From Candidatus Aenigmatarchaeota archaeon (GTDB taxonomy: Archaea > Aenigmatarchaeota > Aenigmatarchaeia > JACPZZ01), in assembly GCA_043801595.1 (NCBI GenBank), contig JAZDLW010000022.1, positions 26,812-90,811 of the forward strand: a stretch of 64,000 nt of DNA, read 5' to 3'. The translations under genes were made by a program, and so were the position numbers. Below are positions 18,184 through 27,302 of this stretch, piece by piece (position 1 is the stretch's first letter; the number at the start of each line of letters is the position of its first letter). The notes beneath the pieces were generated by a model. It searched no databases and was not told the origin of the DNA. It saw nothing but the letters and a program-made list of their open reading frames with translations.

Positions 18184-18825
18184 ATGGCTTACGAAAGAGT
18201 TTCGCACTTGGTAAAGGACGGATTTACAATACTCGATTCCAAAGGACAGGACAACATGCGCGTCCTTAAGGAAACCCTTGCAAAATACCAGCAAGCGCGG
18301 CATGAGCTCGGCTCTCCGCTTTCAAAGGACGCGGGCGCTGCTAATCTCAGAAGGTACGAGGTTGCCAGAACCAGCGTTGACATGCTTCTTGAGGAAATAA
18401 AAGGCTATGCAAGACACTCAGCTCAGATTGTTTCAGATCAGGCTGACAGCCAACTCTCTTATGTGCGCAAGCAGGTCATTGACGAGGCTACTGGTAAGAG
18501 GTTGATGAACGTAAAGGTCATGCCGAGACCGTCCGCTGACGCTGTAAAAAATTCCATAGACGGTGCTAGACGCTACCTGATGACATCGGCGCAGTATATT
18601 GGTCAGATGGCAAATGTCATGCATGACAATCCCGCGTTTTCGGAAAATGACGCCAAATTTTTGTACAGTGTAGCGGAAAAGTTAAGAGACGGGGAAAAAG
18701 CGCTGGGTGAACAAATAAATAAACACAATGACAGTGTGGACATGGTAGAGATTAAGAAAATTGACAAAGACTGGAGTAAGGAACTTAACCGCCATCTCAA
18801 GGCAATAAAAAAAGGAAGATTCTGA
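18184..18825 (+). CDS. Hypothetical alpha-helical protein, paralog of 21263..21862
   Basis: RYEVARTSVDMLLEEIKGYARHS vs KYQLAEKRIEGLKLEIRGYARQS. Confidence 0.65.
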   Translation: MAYERVSHLVKDGFTILDSKGQDNMRVLKETLAKYQQARHELGSPLSKDAGAANLRRYEVARTSVDMLLEEIKGYARHSAQIVSDQADSQLSYVRKQVIDEATGKRLMNVKVMPRPSADAVKNSIDGARRYLMTSAQYIGQMANVMHDNPAFSENDAKFLYSVAEKLRDGEKALGEQINKHNDSVDMVEIKKIDKDWSKELNRHLKAIKKGRF

Positions 18826-18864
18826 TTTTAGAAACGATTTAACGATACGCGTTTAATTCTAATT

Positions 18865-19356
18865 ATGGCAAAGCCAGTTGTGAAGATGCAAGATTACGAG
18901 CGCAAAGCTGAGACGTTGCGTACGGCACTTTCTTATGCCAAGGACAGCGTGGATCGCGGAAATTATGCTGCTGCATTCAATTACATTGCACAAGCGAACG
19001 CAATGATACCGAAAAGGGGCGGCGGAATGCTGGGAGGCGTATACGGAAATGCGAAGAAGGAGATAGGAATACTCACAAGATATGTGCTTTCCGGTGCGCA
19101 ACAGAAGTTGAGCGACGGTTACGCAAAAATTGACAGGGAAATGGACAGAATCTCGCACGGCGGAACGCCAAAGCCATATGCGAGAAGAACGATAAAGGCC
19201 ATGGAAGGGTTTGTTGAGGCGTTCACAGACCCAAGCATGCCCGCGGCGGTTTCGAAAGAATTCGAGTCGCACAAAGATCGCGTAACCAAATTAAAATCCG
19301 AGCTCGAAAAACTTGCGCAATCAAAGGGCGGGAAAATAGACTGGGATAAACCATGA
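18865..19356 (+). CDS. Hypothetical alpha-helical protein
   Basis: Long ORF co-oriented with 18184; helical composition. Confidence 0.6.
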   Translation: MAKPVVKMQDYERKAETLRTALSYAKDSVDRGNYAAAFNYIAQANAMIPKRGGGMLGGVYGNAKKEIGILTRYVLSGAQQKLSDGYAKIDREMDRISHGGTPKPYARRTIKAMEGFVEAFTDPSMPAAVSKEFESHKDRVTKLKSELEKLAQSKGGKIDWDKP

Positions 19357-19373
19357 ATCGTGCGGTTCGGCGT

Positions 19374-20123
19374 TTATTTTTCAATTTTCTGCATCAGTTC
19401 TTCCATTTTTTCCACGAACATCGTCGATTTATCGACAAGCTCGTCTATCTTTTCCGGTTTTAGCATTTTCAGTTCGCCGTGTTCGAGAAGCTTACAGTGT
19501 TTTATGACATCCTCGTAATATCTCACGTACTCGTTCGAAAGTTTTCGCTTGCGGACGAAATGTATTCTCAATTGCTCCGGTATCTGCTTTGGCGAAGGCG
19601 GCGATACGCCGACGGCCATCAACGGCGCCTGTGCCGCATCGACAACAGCGGACGATAACGCGTCTATTATCGAAACCGTATGGAACCGTTCTATTCTCAA
19701 CAGACGCAAAGGCGACTGCTGTATCAGCGATTTCATCGCCTCTTTCGTTCCCGGTACGCGACCTTCCACCAAAAGTTTTTTCAGCGGAAGGAAAAATCCG
19801 GACGGGTCGTACAGCGGAATTCCTTCCTTTATTTCCGTGAACGTGACCGGTGAACCATGCCGCACGAGCTCCCAGTAATCCGACAGCTTGTAAAAAAGCA
19901 GATTAATTTTTCCTTTCATCCTCGCATTATCTACGGCTTTCTGCGCTTCCGCTTTTATCTCATTTGTCGTAATGGAGTCTACCTGATTCGTGTCGTCCAT
20001 GAGAAATATTATGGTTTCTCCTGGCTCCGCTTCTGTATGGGATATCATCCATATTGATTTCAATATCTCGGGGAATTTTTTCGTTAATTTGTTTACCAGA
20101 TTTTTTATTTCAACACCTTTCAT
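19374..20123 (-). CDS. Degenerate MNT + HEPN protein
   Basis: Paralog of 20120..21199 but GS and DxD are absent (SIWMISHTEAEPGETIIFLMDD); single HEPN-like domain. Confidence 0.7.
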   Translation of the reverse strand: MKGVEIKNLVNKLTKKFPEILKSIWMISHTEAEPGETIIFLMDDTNQVDSITTNEIKAEAQKAVDNARMKGKINLLFYKLSDYWELVRHGSPVTFTEIKEGIPLYDPSGFFLPLKKLLVEGRVPGTKEAMKSLIQQSPLRLLRIERFHTVSIIDALSSAVVDAAQAPLMAVGVSPPSPKQIPEQLRIHFVRKRKLSNEYVRYYEDVIKHCKLLEHGELKMLKPEKIDELVDKSTMFVEKMEELMQKIEK

Positions 20124-21199
20124 TTTTTGATCCCCTTTAAAATTTCTTCCAGGTTCTTCGCGTACAGCCGCGACGTATACACGTCTTTTTCCGTGACTTC
20201 CTGAAGCCTGTTATTATCCGAAGCGTTTTTCATCGCCTTTATTTTTTTCAGGACGTCGAGATATCCTTTTGAAACCAGGCCAGTTGCGATTAATTCCCTT
20301 TCAACGAATTTGATTATGTTCCTGTCGTTTGCGTTAACGCCTTTCTTTTTCAGAATATTCCTGCAGGCGTTGAATGCGATCGAGTTTGATTCTTCTATGA
20401 TCTCCCTTTTCTTTTCGATTTCCAAACGCGAAAATATCGAATCCATCCTGTATATGAAATCGCGCGCCTTGGTAATCCATGAAAACGTTTCTTTGGCAGT
20501 AAGCTTTGTCAATTCGCCGTGGTCGATTTTGCGCGTTATCGCGTAGAAGTCATCGACAATTTCGGCGTAATGATTCTCAAGAACATTTTTACAAACAAAG
20601 TGCTTGCGCAGCGCAGTTCCGAGATTTTTCGCAGATGGAGGCGCAACACCGTAGAACATCAATACCGCCTGCCCGGCCTCGACCATTGCATATAGTAAAT
20701 CTGACGTTATGTCCTCCAAAAATATTTTCCTGACGTTTTCAAGCCTTGACGGCGCGCGCTGTATGAGCATCTGCGACCGTTCCATTGTTCCGCTCATCCT
20801 GCCCTCTTTTAACAGCCTGCTAAGCGGTTCGATATACCCCGATGGGTCATAAATGGGCAGAGCATCGCGCACTGATGTGAAAACCCACGGCTCGCCGGAG
20901 CGAAGCAGGTCCCACCAATCCGTTAATCTTTTGGCTGGCTGAAAATGAATGTTGATTTTTGTTTTTTCCTTCACAGAACTGTTTATTTCGGATATGTCAT
21001 CGCTTATTTTTGATAATTCCGCGCCGGATATGTCAGTTGTTGCGTCATCTACTACTGTCATTACGTCTATGTCCGACGACGGTTTCGCCTCGCCGCGCGC
21101 AAAAGAACCGTAAATCCATATTGCTTTTATTTTTCCGTCGTACTTCGAGAGTATTGAAGAACACGCTTCCTTGATAGCGTCGAGCGCGTCGTATTTCAT
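20120..21199 (-). CDS. Minimal nucleotidyltransferase + tandem HEPN protein
   Basis: YGSFARGEAKPSSDIDV (Pol-beta superfamily), followed by HEPN-like LYAMVEAGQAVL...RKIDH. Confidence 0.8.
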   Translation of the reverse strand: MKYDALDAIKEACSSILSKYDGKIKAIWIYGSFARGEAKPSSDIDVMTVVDDATTDISGAELSKISDDISEINSSVKEKTKINIHFQPAKRLTDWWDLLRSGEPWVFTSVRDALPIYDPSGYIEPLSRLLKEGRMSGTMERSQMLIQRAPSRLENVRKIFLEDITSDLLYAMVEAGQAVLMFYGVAPPSAKNLGTALRKHFVCKNVLENHYAEIVDDFYAITRKIDHGELTKLTAKETFSWITKARDFIYRMDSIFSRLEIEKKREIIEESNSIAFNACRNILKKKGVNANDRNIIKFVERELIATGLVSKGYLDVLKKIKAMKNASDNNRLQEVTEKDVYTSRLYAKNLEEILKGIKK

Positions 21200-21262
21200 A
21201 ACTAGATATTGGTCGTTTTATAATAAAACAAAGCTTTTATCCGTCTCGGACGTAAAGTAATA

Positions 21263-21862
21263 TTGTTGCATATGGTTGACGTATACGCCAAGATAGACGC
21301 GTCGATTAAAAGCGGATTGAAAATTCTAGGTTCCGGCAAGGATCCTGTCAAGACAATAGGCTCAGCAACCGACGCTTACAGAAAAGCCGAGGCTGAGCTT
21401 GGCGGAATCGGCACACCTGTGATCGGAACTACGGACCACCACAAATACCAATTGGCGGAAAAGAGGATCGAAGGCCTTAAGCTGGAAATAAGAGGCTATG
21501 CAAGGCAGTCGATGACAGAACGCGTTGACAATGTCTACAAAACGATAAGGAACAACGATTACGGAATTCCGAAATTAAGGACAAGAGGACTTAATGTTTT
21601 ATTGGATCCGGTAACGTCCTCCGGAATAAGCGAATCAGTGTCGGGAAAAACGGAGAAATACAGAAAGGAGTCCGAAGGCTATGTCAAAACCGTTATCACG
21701 GAGCTTGACCGCGTGGGACTGAAAGAGGCGGACGATGACGCGCTGAAATCCGAGCTAAATCGCAAGCTCGCGGCTGCGAAAAAAACATTGGAGAGGCAGA
21801 AAAAGGATTACGAGGGCGCGGCAAGGGCGGACGCGATCAGAAAAGCTTCCAAAAGGCGTTAG
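21263..21862 (+). CDS. Hypothetical alpha-helical protein, paralog of 18184..18825
   Basis: Shared N-terminal and EI(K/R)GYAR motifs. Confidence 0.65.
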   Translation: MLHMVDVYAKIDASIKSGLKILGSGKDPVKTIGSATDAYRKAEAELGGIGTPVIGTTDHHKYQLAEKRIEGLKLEIRGYARQSMTERVDNVYKTIRNNDYGIPKLRTRGLNVLLDPVTSSGISESVSGKTEKYRKESEGYVKTVITELDRVGLKEADDDALKSELNRKLAAAKKTLERQKKDYEGAARADAIRKASKRR

Positions 21863-21915
21863 GCGTTTCCGAACGTTTTTAAATATATGCGCTGGAAATA
21901 ACTAAAAAGGGAGAT

Positions 21916-22797
21916 TTGATGCATACGACGAACAAGAATAATTTTATTTTTTGGGCGATTTTCTCAGTCGTTTTAACGCTGCCCTTGTTTGCGGCTGCGG
22001 CGCCGGTCGGTGCGAGCGCGGTCGGAGCGTCGCTGTTAAAAATGATAGGCGTTCCCGATGCAATATCGAATGGCGGCGCATCGACAATAATGTTCTATGT
22101 CGTAATACCGTCGATAATCATGTTCCTGATAATGTACGGAATTCTTGACGAGATAAAATTATTCTACAAGGGAGGAATAAACTTCGCGATAGCGTTCTTC
22201 GCAACTTTGTTGACAATACCATCGGGCGTTTTAGGCCAGATCATTGTCGGGATTTACGGAGGCGGGCTTGCGACACTTGCCATAATACTGGGGATTTCGC
22301 TGTTGCCGAGGTTCATAGACGTTTTCGGTCCGCGTACGGGATTGCCTACCAATATCCTGAACCTGTTGTCCGGTGTTACGTACGGTTTTGTGATGTATTA
22401 TGTTTTCGGCCTGCTTGAGGGCGGAAATGCGCTCGGCGGAGTTTTAAAGGATGCGACATGGATAAAATGGGTTTTTGCCATTGGCGTGCCGATTCTGGTC
22501 ATGTGGAGGGGCTGGTGGAACAGAAGCCTCAATATGCGCATGGGAAGCGTTCTGAACGTACAACATGCGGAAGAGACGGCTGCGTTGCAGGCCGCAAATC
22601 GATGCAAGCAGGCACTCCGTGATTTGGCAAATGTCACCGCTACTGGGGGCGGGTCGTTGGCAGGCGTGGATGCTGCCACTTACAACAATGCTATTATGAA
22701 CGTTGAAACAATGTGCAGTCACGCTTATCCCGAGCCTTATCTCAGAACTTTGCCGAAAGGCACTATAACAAAGCTAGCAAATACGCATACAACCTAA
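21916..22797 (+). CDS. Multi-pass membrane protein (tandem family member 1)
   Basis: Signal peptide; VIPSIIMFLIMYGILDEIKLF..INFAIAF motif. Confidence 0.7.
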   Translation: MMHTTNKNNFIFWAIFSVVLTLPLFAAAAPVGASAVGASLLKMIGVPDAISNGGASTIMFYVVIPSIIMFLIMYGILDEIKLFYKGGINFAIAFFATLLTIPSGVLGQIIVGIYGGGLATLAIILGISLLPRFIDVFGPRTGLPTNILNLLSGVTYGFVMYYVFGLLEGGNALGGVLKDATWIKWVFAIGVPILVMWRGWWNRSLNMRMGSVLNVQHAEETAALQAANRCKQALRDLANVTATGGGSLAGVDAATYNNAIMNVETMCSHAYPEPYLRTLPKGTITKLANTHTT

Positions 22798-22835
22798 ACA
22801 TCTAATTCTTTTTTAATCCGCTACAATATTCTTTT

Positions 22836-23639
22836 ATGGGCAAAAATCTACTGGTCGTTTTCCTGCTATCTCTTCTGGTATTCCCGTTCGCACTGGCGGC
22901 TGAATCAACGCTTTCCGAGGGAGCAGTCAAATTCTGGGGCACGTGGTTCAATGTCCCTGCAAAGTATATGATATCGTGGCAGTCGATTGTCACGTTCGTA
23001 GTTGTGCCGATTATCATAGCATTGTTTTTCGCCTATGAGATCTGGAAAGATCTGGGAATTTTTCACGCAGGCGCAGCGAATGTCTGGATCCCGATTCTGA
23101 TAGTTTACATGATGCTCAGGAACGGTTTCTGGGACTACATCGATTTGTTTGTGTCAAGTACGCAGATGATTCCGGCACTGGTTCTATCGTTCCTCGCAAT
23201 GCAGGTAACAAGCAAACTAAAGGGCAAAGTGACGTCGTTCGGCTATTCTGGAATTTTCGGCGGTATGGTGGGTTATGCGCTTGAAGCTGTAAGCGGCGGC
23301 ATTTTTCTCGGGAGCATAGGTTTTATCATAAGCAAGGGTCATCCCGGTCCGCTGGTTTACATAATGGCGTCTGTTGGAGCGGGTTTGGGCATTTTCGCAA
23401 TGTGGTGGGAAAAACACGGAAGAAAGTCAGGATCGTTGAAAAATGCGCTCGGCGAGGAGGACCAGATAACGAGCGAAGAAGCAACGCTGGAAAAGGAGCT
23501 GAAGAGATACAATAAAATGGCCTCGCGCGAAAAGGACCCTGCGATTAAGGGTGTATACGAGGAGAGAATGGTCAATATTAAAAGGGAACTAGACAAACTG
23601 AGGGCGCAGGAAGAGGTTGTTGTGGAAGGAGCCACATGA
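22836..23639 (+). CDS. Multi-pass membrane protein with C-terminal coiled coil (member 2)
   Basis: Signal peptide; VVPIIIALFFAYEIWKDLGIF..ANVWI motif. Confidence 0.7.
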   Translation: MGKNLLVVFLLSLLVFPFALAAESTLSEGAVKFWGTWFNVPAKYMISWQSIVTFVVVPIIIALFFAYEIWKDLGIFHAGAANVWIPILIVYMMLRNGFWDYIDLFVSSTQMIPALVLSFLAMQVTSKLKGKVTSFGYSGIFGGMVGYALEAVSGGIFLGSIGFIISKGHPGPLVYIMASVGAGLGIFAMWWEKHGRKSGSLKNALGEEDQITSEEATLEKELKRYNKMASREKDPAIKGVYEERMVNIKRELDKLRAQEEVVVEGAT

Positions 23640-23676
23640 TCGTTAACATTTAAGATTTGAACGAATAACTAATATT

Positions 23677-24273
23677 ATGTTTGCAGTTGCGTTCGCAGGA
23701 CCGCCCACCTCTTCCCCCGCCTCGATTATTTTAAACTTGCTGGAAAAATACCAGGCACAACAGCTGGTCGTTCCGTTCCTTCTTACGTTTGTCATAGCGT
23801 ACGGTGTTTTGGACTCGATAAAAATATTCAAGAAAAACAGCATAAACGCGATAGTCGCGCTCGCGATTTCCTTTTACGCGATATTTTACGGCCCTTACGG
23901 CGCAATGGGATCGTTTTTGACGCAAATTTATGGCACTGGTGCGGTTGCGATAGCGGGACTGGTAATGATTATGATAATCCTTGGAGCGCTGAGTTTGGGC
24001 GGAACGCACATGCCGGGACAGGGCGTTTTTCAGAGGCTATTTGGTAATTCGTTCGGCCCGATAGTGGGAATCATAGTGGTTGTTGTTATGATATACCTGC
24101 TGTCGACCGGCTACTTGCAGGGCGTTGGCATAAATCTAGATCCGGATACGACCGCATTTCTGATAATACTGTTGCTGATAATACTCTTCATATACATTAT
24201 CGCAAGGCCGGACAGGATGAAAAAATGGTGGAACATGTGGGGTCCGCATTATCCGGCAGGCGGCGATTGGTAA
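23677..24273 (+). CDS. Multi-pass membrane protein (member 3)
   Basis: VPFLLTFVIAYGVLDSIKIFKKNSINAIVALAISFY. Confidence 0.7.
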   Translation: MFAVAFAGPPTSSPASIILNLLEKYQAQQLVVPFLLTFVIAYGVLDSIKIFKKNSINAIVALAISFYAIFYGPYGAMGSFLTQIYGTGAVAIAGLVMIMIILGALSLGGTHMPGQGVFQRLFGNSFGPIVGIIVVVVMIYLLSTGYLQGVGINLDPDTTAFLIILLLIILFIYIIARPDRMKKWWNMWGPHYPAGGDW

Positions 24274-24293
24274 CAATAAACGACCTTTTTTAA

Positions 24294-24394
24294 CAACGGA
24301 AAGCTTCTGCTTTCAACGGAAGCCACAGGTTTCCGTGCACAGGAAAATCGTGATTTTCCCGTGCCGTGCATAGGAAATTTCCGAATTTCCTATG
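24294..24394 (+). mobile_element. Two nested family A elements (inner 24314..24363)
   Basis: Removing the inner unit restores ACGGAAAGC-TTCT-GCTTTCCGT; the outer unit sits in a GACCTTT...AAAGGTC palindrome. Confidence 0.8.
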
Positions 24395-24453
24395 AAAGGT
24401 CAATCAAAAAGGGTTTGTCGAGAAATAAAAACTAACGAAAAGAGAATGATATT

Positions 24454-24939
24454 ATGGTTCAGGACATATTCACGCCATTGCTCGGAAATCTCAATCAACT
24501 GGGTTTTTATAAGTTTTTGCTTCCTTGGCTGTTCACTCTGGCAATAGTCTACGGAATTCTTTTAAAAACGAAGATTTTTGACGAGAAAGAAAAAACCCTA
24601 AACGGCCTTATAGCGCTTGTTGCGGCGTTCTTTGTGGTAAACTACACACCCATTGGTTTTGGTTTGGATTCGTTTTTCACGCAGGCGTTCGGCGTAGGCA
24701 TACTGATACTAACTGCCATTTTTGTGGTGCTGCTGCTCATGGGGCTGGTGGGATTAAAGGGCGAGGAAATATTCAAAGCCGAGAACATGAAGAACGGCGG
24801 CCTGGCAATAATGTTGCTGATTATTTTCATCATCATATTGGTGTTCATGATAGGCGGGGTGAAAATAGATTCGAGCCAGTTAACGCTGATAATGACCCTG
24901 CTGTTCATAATTGTTGCGGTTGCGTACATAGCGAAATAA
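24454..24939 (+). CDS. Multi-pass membrane protein (member 4)
   Basis: LLPWLFTLAIVYGILLKTKIF..LNGLIALVAAFF. Confidence 0.75.
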   Translation: MVQDIFTPLLGNLNQLGFYKFLLPWLFTLAIVYGILLKTKIFDEKEKTLNGLIALVAAFFVVNYTPIGFGLDSFFTQAFGVGILILTAIFVVLLLMGLVGLKGEEIFKAENMKNGGLAIMLLIIFIIILVFMIGGVKIDSSQLTLIMTLLFIIVAVAYIAK

Positions 24940-24950
24940 ACTTCTTAGGA

Positions 24951-25000
24951 CAACGGAAAGCCGAAGCTTTCCGTGCAAAGGAAACGCATCGTTTCCTTTG
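24951..25000 (+). mobile_element. Family A mini-element (50 nt) in a family C palindrome
   Basis: CAACG-GAAAGC-CGAA-GCTTTC-CGTGCA-AAGGAAACG-CAT-CGTTTCCTT-TG; flanks TAAACTTCT/AGAAGTTTA. Confidence 0.8.
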
Positions 25001-25055
25001 AGAAGTTTAATCAAGAAATAATACGGTTAAATAGATCACAGGAGAACTAGTAATT

Positions 25056-25640
25056 ATGGCTGCGTTTGATTTCATACAATTACAAAACACCCTGAAAGCT
25101 GCGGGATTTTATGATTTTATCCTGCCTTGGCTGCTGGCGTTTTCGATAGTTTTCGGGGTTCTTCAGACTGTCAACGTTTTCAAGAAGGGTGACGGCAAAC
25201 TGCCCAATACGTCCGTTGACGGGATAATTTCGCTTGTAGTGGCGTTTTATCTGACATTGTTCACGCCTTACCAAGGCTTTCTTTCGTCATTTTTCAGCAA
25301 GCTTTTCGGAAGCTCGATAATAGTTTTATCGGGCGTGCTCATGCTGCTGATATTCGTGGGAATTTTCGGTTTTCAATCCAAGGAACTTTTCCAAGGAACA
25401 AAGACAAAATACGTGGTTTTGGCAGTTGCTCTGGTATTGGCAGCCGGTTTGTTTTTCAACGCAAATTCGGGAATATTCTCGTTCGGCGGCGTGGGTTCGT
25501 TGTTTTCAAGCGGCGGCGATGCGTTAACGTTGATAGTATTTCTTGCGGTAATAGCGCTGGTAATGTGGTATATTGTACACGAAGGCAAAGGTGGGGCAGA
25601 GGAGACACCAGCCAAACCTGTCGGCAAGGATTCGAACTAG
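25056..25640 (+). CDS. Multi-pass membrane protein (member 5)
   Basis: ILPWLLAFSIVFGVLQTVNVFKK..VDGIISLVVAFY. Confidence 0.75.
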   Translation: MAAFDFIQLQNTLKAAGFYDFILPWLLAFSIVFGVLQTVNVFKKGDGKLPNTSVDGIISLVVAFYLTLFTPYQGFLSSFFSKLFGSSIIVLSGVLMLLIFVGIFGFQSKELFQGTKTKYVVLAVALVLAAGLFFNANSGIFSFGGVGSLFSSGGDALTLIVFLAVIALVMWYIVHEGKGGAEETPAKPVGKDSN

Positions 25641-25701
25641 TATTTTTAAACAAACCCACAATTGAGAACGCTTTAAATCTTTATTTGCAGTTCTGTAAGG
25701 C

Positions 25702-26109
25702 ATGAGATACGAAAGAGAGGGTTATTACTCGCTTCCGTTTACGCTTGTTTATAACAAGGTATCGCAAGTTATAAACTGGCGATTGGACAAGGTTGAGATA
25801 TCCGGAATAAACAAGACGGACACAGGACATTACGTTTATGCAGATGATGGCTATTGGCTTGAGGCTGGAACCGGTTACCGTGGATGCAGTATAGGAAATG
25901 TAAGGGGGGAAGTGGGTTGCCTGGTATGCCGTGGAGACAACGAATTCCGTGCAAGAGTCTACGACCCGTTTAGGGATGCACGTATCAACAGAGTACAAGT
26001 AAGAATCAGCGCAGATAAATATTTTGAAGTTGCCAATGAGGTCTTTCAGGAATTGGATGTTTTGGAAAGGGAACTCTTCCTTGGTCCTCAAATTTTCAGG
26101 AGAATATAA
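25702..26109 (+). CDS. Hypothetical protein
   Basis: 135-aa ORF filling the intergenic gap; no recognised motif. Confidence 0.5.
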   Translation: MRYEREGYYSLPFTLVYNKVSQVINWRLDKVEISGINKTDTGHYVYADDGYWLEAGTGYRGCSIGNVRGEVGCLVCRGDNEFRARVYDPFRDARINRVQVRISADKYFEVANEVFQELDVLERELFLGPQIFRRI

Positions 26110-26137
26110 CACGACAAGTTTTTTGGGTTTCGATTTT

Positions 26138-26833
26138 TTATTGCTTGTTTCCCATTTTCTGCAGCGTATCGTTAACAGAACGGACGGATTCTATCATTGA
26201 AGGAAGCGTTTCCTTGAAAGCTTTTTCTATTGATCCGATCCTTGCGTCGATCTGGTCTATGTTTTCGCGGTACTGGTCGATCTTTCCCTCTATTCCGCCT
26301 GTTGCGAAATGACTGGATTCCTTTATTGTCCGCATTTGCAAATCAATATCGTGTAACCGTTCGTTAACAGCGTCAAATCTTTTCTCAATCGCATCTATCC
26401 TGAATTCAAGCTGCTTCCATTTTTCTTCCACAACAGCCTCGACGACCTCTTCGATTTCCGTAGCTCCGGGCGTGCCGCTCAACGCGACCGGTATCGTGCC
26501 CATTTCCGGCATTGACGGTTCCCATTCGGGTGCGGGTTGCGGTTCCTGGTTCTCTACTGGAAAATCATAACCCGTAGGTTCAGGCTCTGGCGCTTGGAAT
26601 TCCGGTTGCTGTTGCTGCGCAGGCTGTTGTCGCTGCTGCGTGACGCCTTCCTTTACAGCGGTCATCATTGCGCTGTGAATTTCAGGCTCGGAATAACCTT
26701 CCTGTTTCAGATTCGAAGAAACATCATTCTCATGCAGTCCTTGGTTTGACATGGAAACAACCTTGTTCACAGGCGCTTCGCCCCTTCCCGTTTCTTGGGG
26801 TTTTTTCTTAAAAAGCCACATGAACTTACCCAA
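26138..26833 (-). CDS. Coiled-coil protein with small N-terminal helical domain and Pro/Gln/Glu linker
   Basis: QGL..DV...LKQEGYSEPEIHSAM; IEEVVEAVVEEKW followed by long heptads. Confidence 0.65.
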   Translation of the reverse strand: MGKFMWLFKKKPQETGRGEAPVNKVVSMSNQGLHENDVSSNLKQEGYSEPEIHSAMMTAVKEGVTQQRQQPAQQQQPEFQAPEPEPTGYDFPVENQEPQPAPEWEPSMPEMGTIPVALSGTPGATEIEEVVEAVVEEKWKQLEFRIDAIEKRFDAVNERLHDIDLQMRTIKESSHFATGGIEGKIDQYRENIDQIDARIGSIEKAFKETLPSMIESVRSVNDTLQKMGNKQ

Positions 26834-26865
26834 ATAATGTTTGACTAACGCTTAATATATTGTTT

Positions 26866-27261
26866 TCATTGTTCGTTTTTCCGTTCATCGAGCATTCTTT
26901 TGACTTCCGGCCGCGTGATAAAGCTTGATTTCATGGGGTTTATCAGATCGATGAAGCCCTGAAGTTCTTTCAGCTCGTTTTTCGTCGCAACGCGCTCCAT
27001 CAACTTTGCCGTTTTTCTTGAATCGTCTTCGAGTTTCGCTATACTGTTTCCCAGTTCTTCGATCCGCGCGCCGAGCTTGTCAATGGAAATTTTGACCTGC
27101 TTAAATTGTTCAAGAATGCTCTTGTCTATGGTTTCCATGCTAGATTCAAGCGTCGCGCTCCGCTGTTCGACCAAGCGCAGCCTTTTCGAGTTGTCGTTTA
27201 CGCGCCTTATTATCTCCGCAATCACGGACTGAAAATCCTGTTTTTTATCAAAAACGGCCAT
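26866..27261 (-). CDS. Coiled-coil protein divergent from the pilus ATPase
   Basis: Heptad repeats; start MAVFDKK. Confidence 0.65.
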   Translation of the reverse strand: MAVFDKKQDFQSVIAEIIRRVNDNSKRLRLVEQRSATLESSMETIDKSILEQFKQVKISIDKLGARIEELGNSIAKLEDDSRKTAKLMERVATKNELKELQGFIDLINPMKSSFITRPEVKRMLDERKNEQ

Positions 27262-27302
27262 GCTATCAAAATACAATTTAGATAAAAGACATAATATAGT
27301 AT

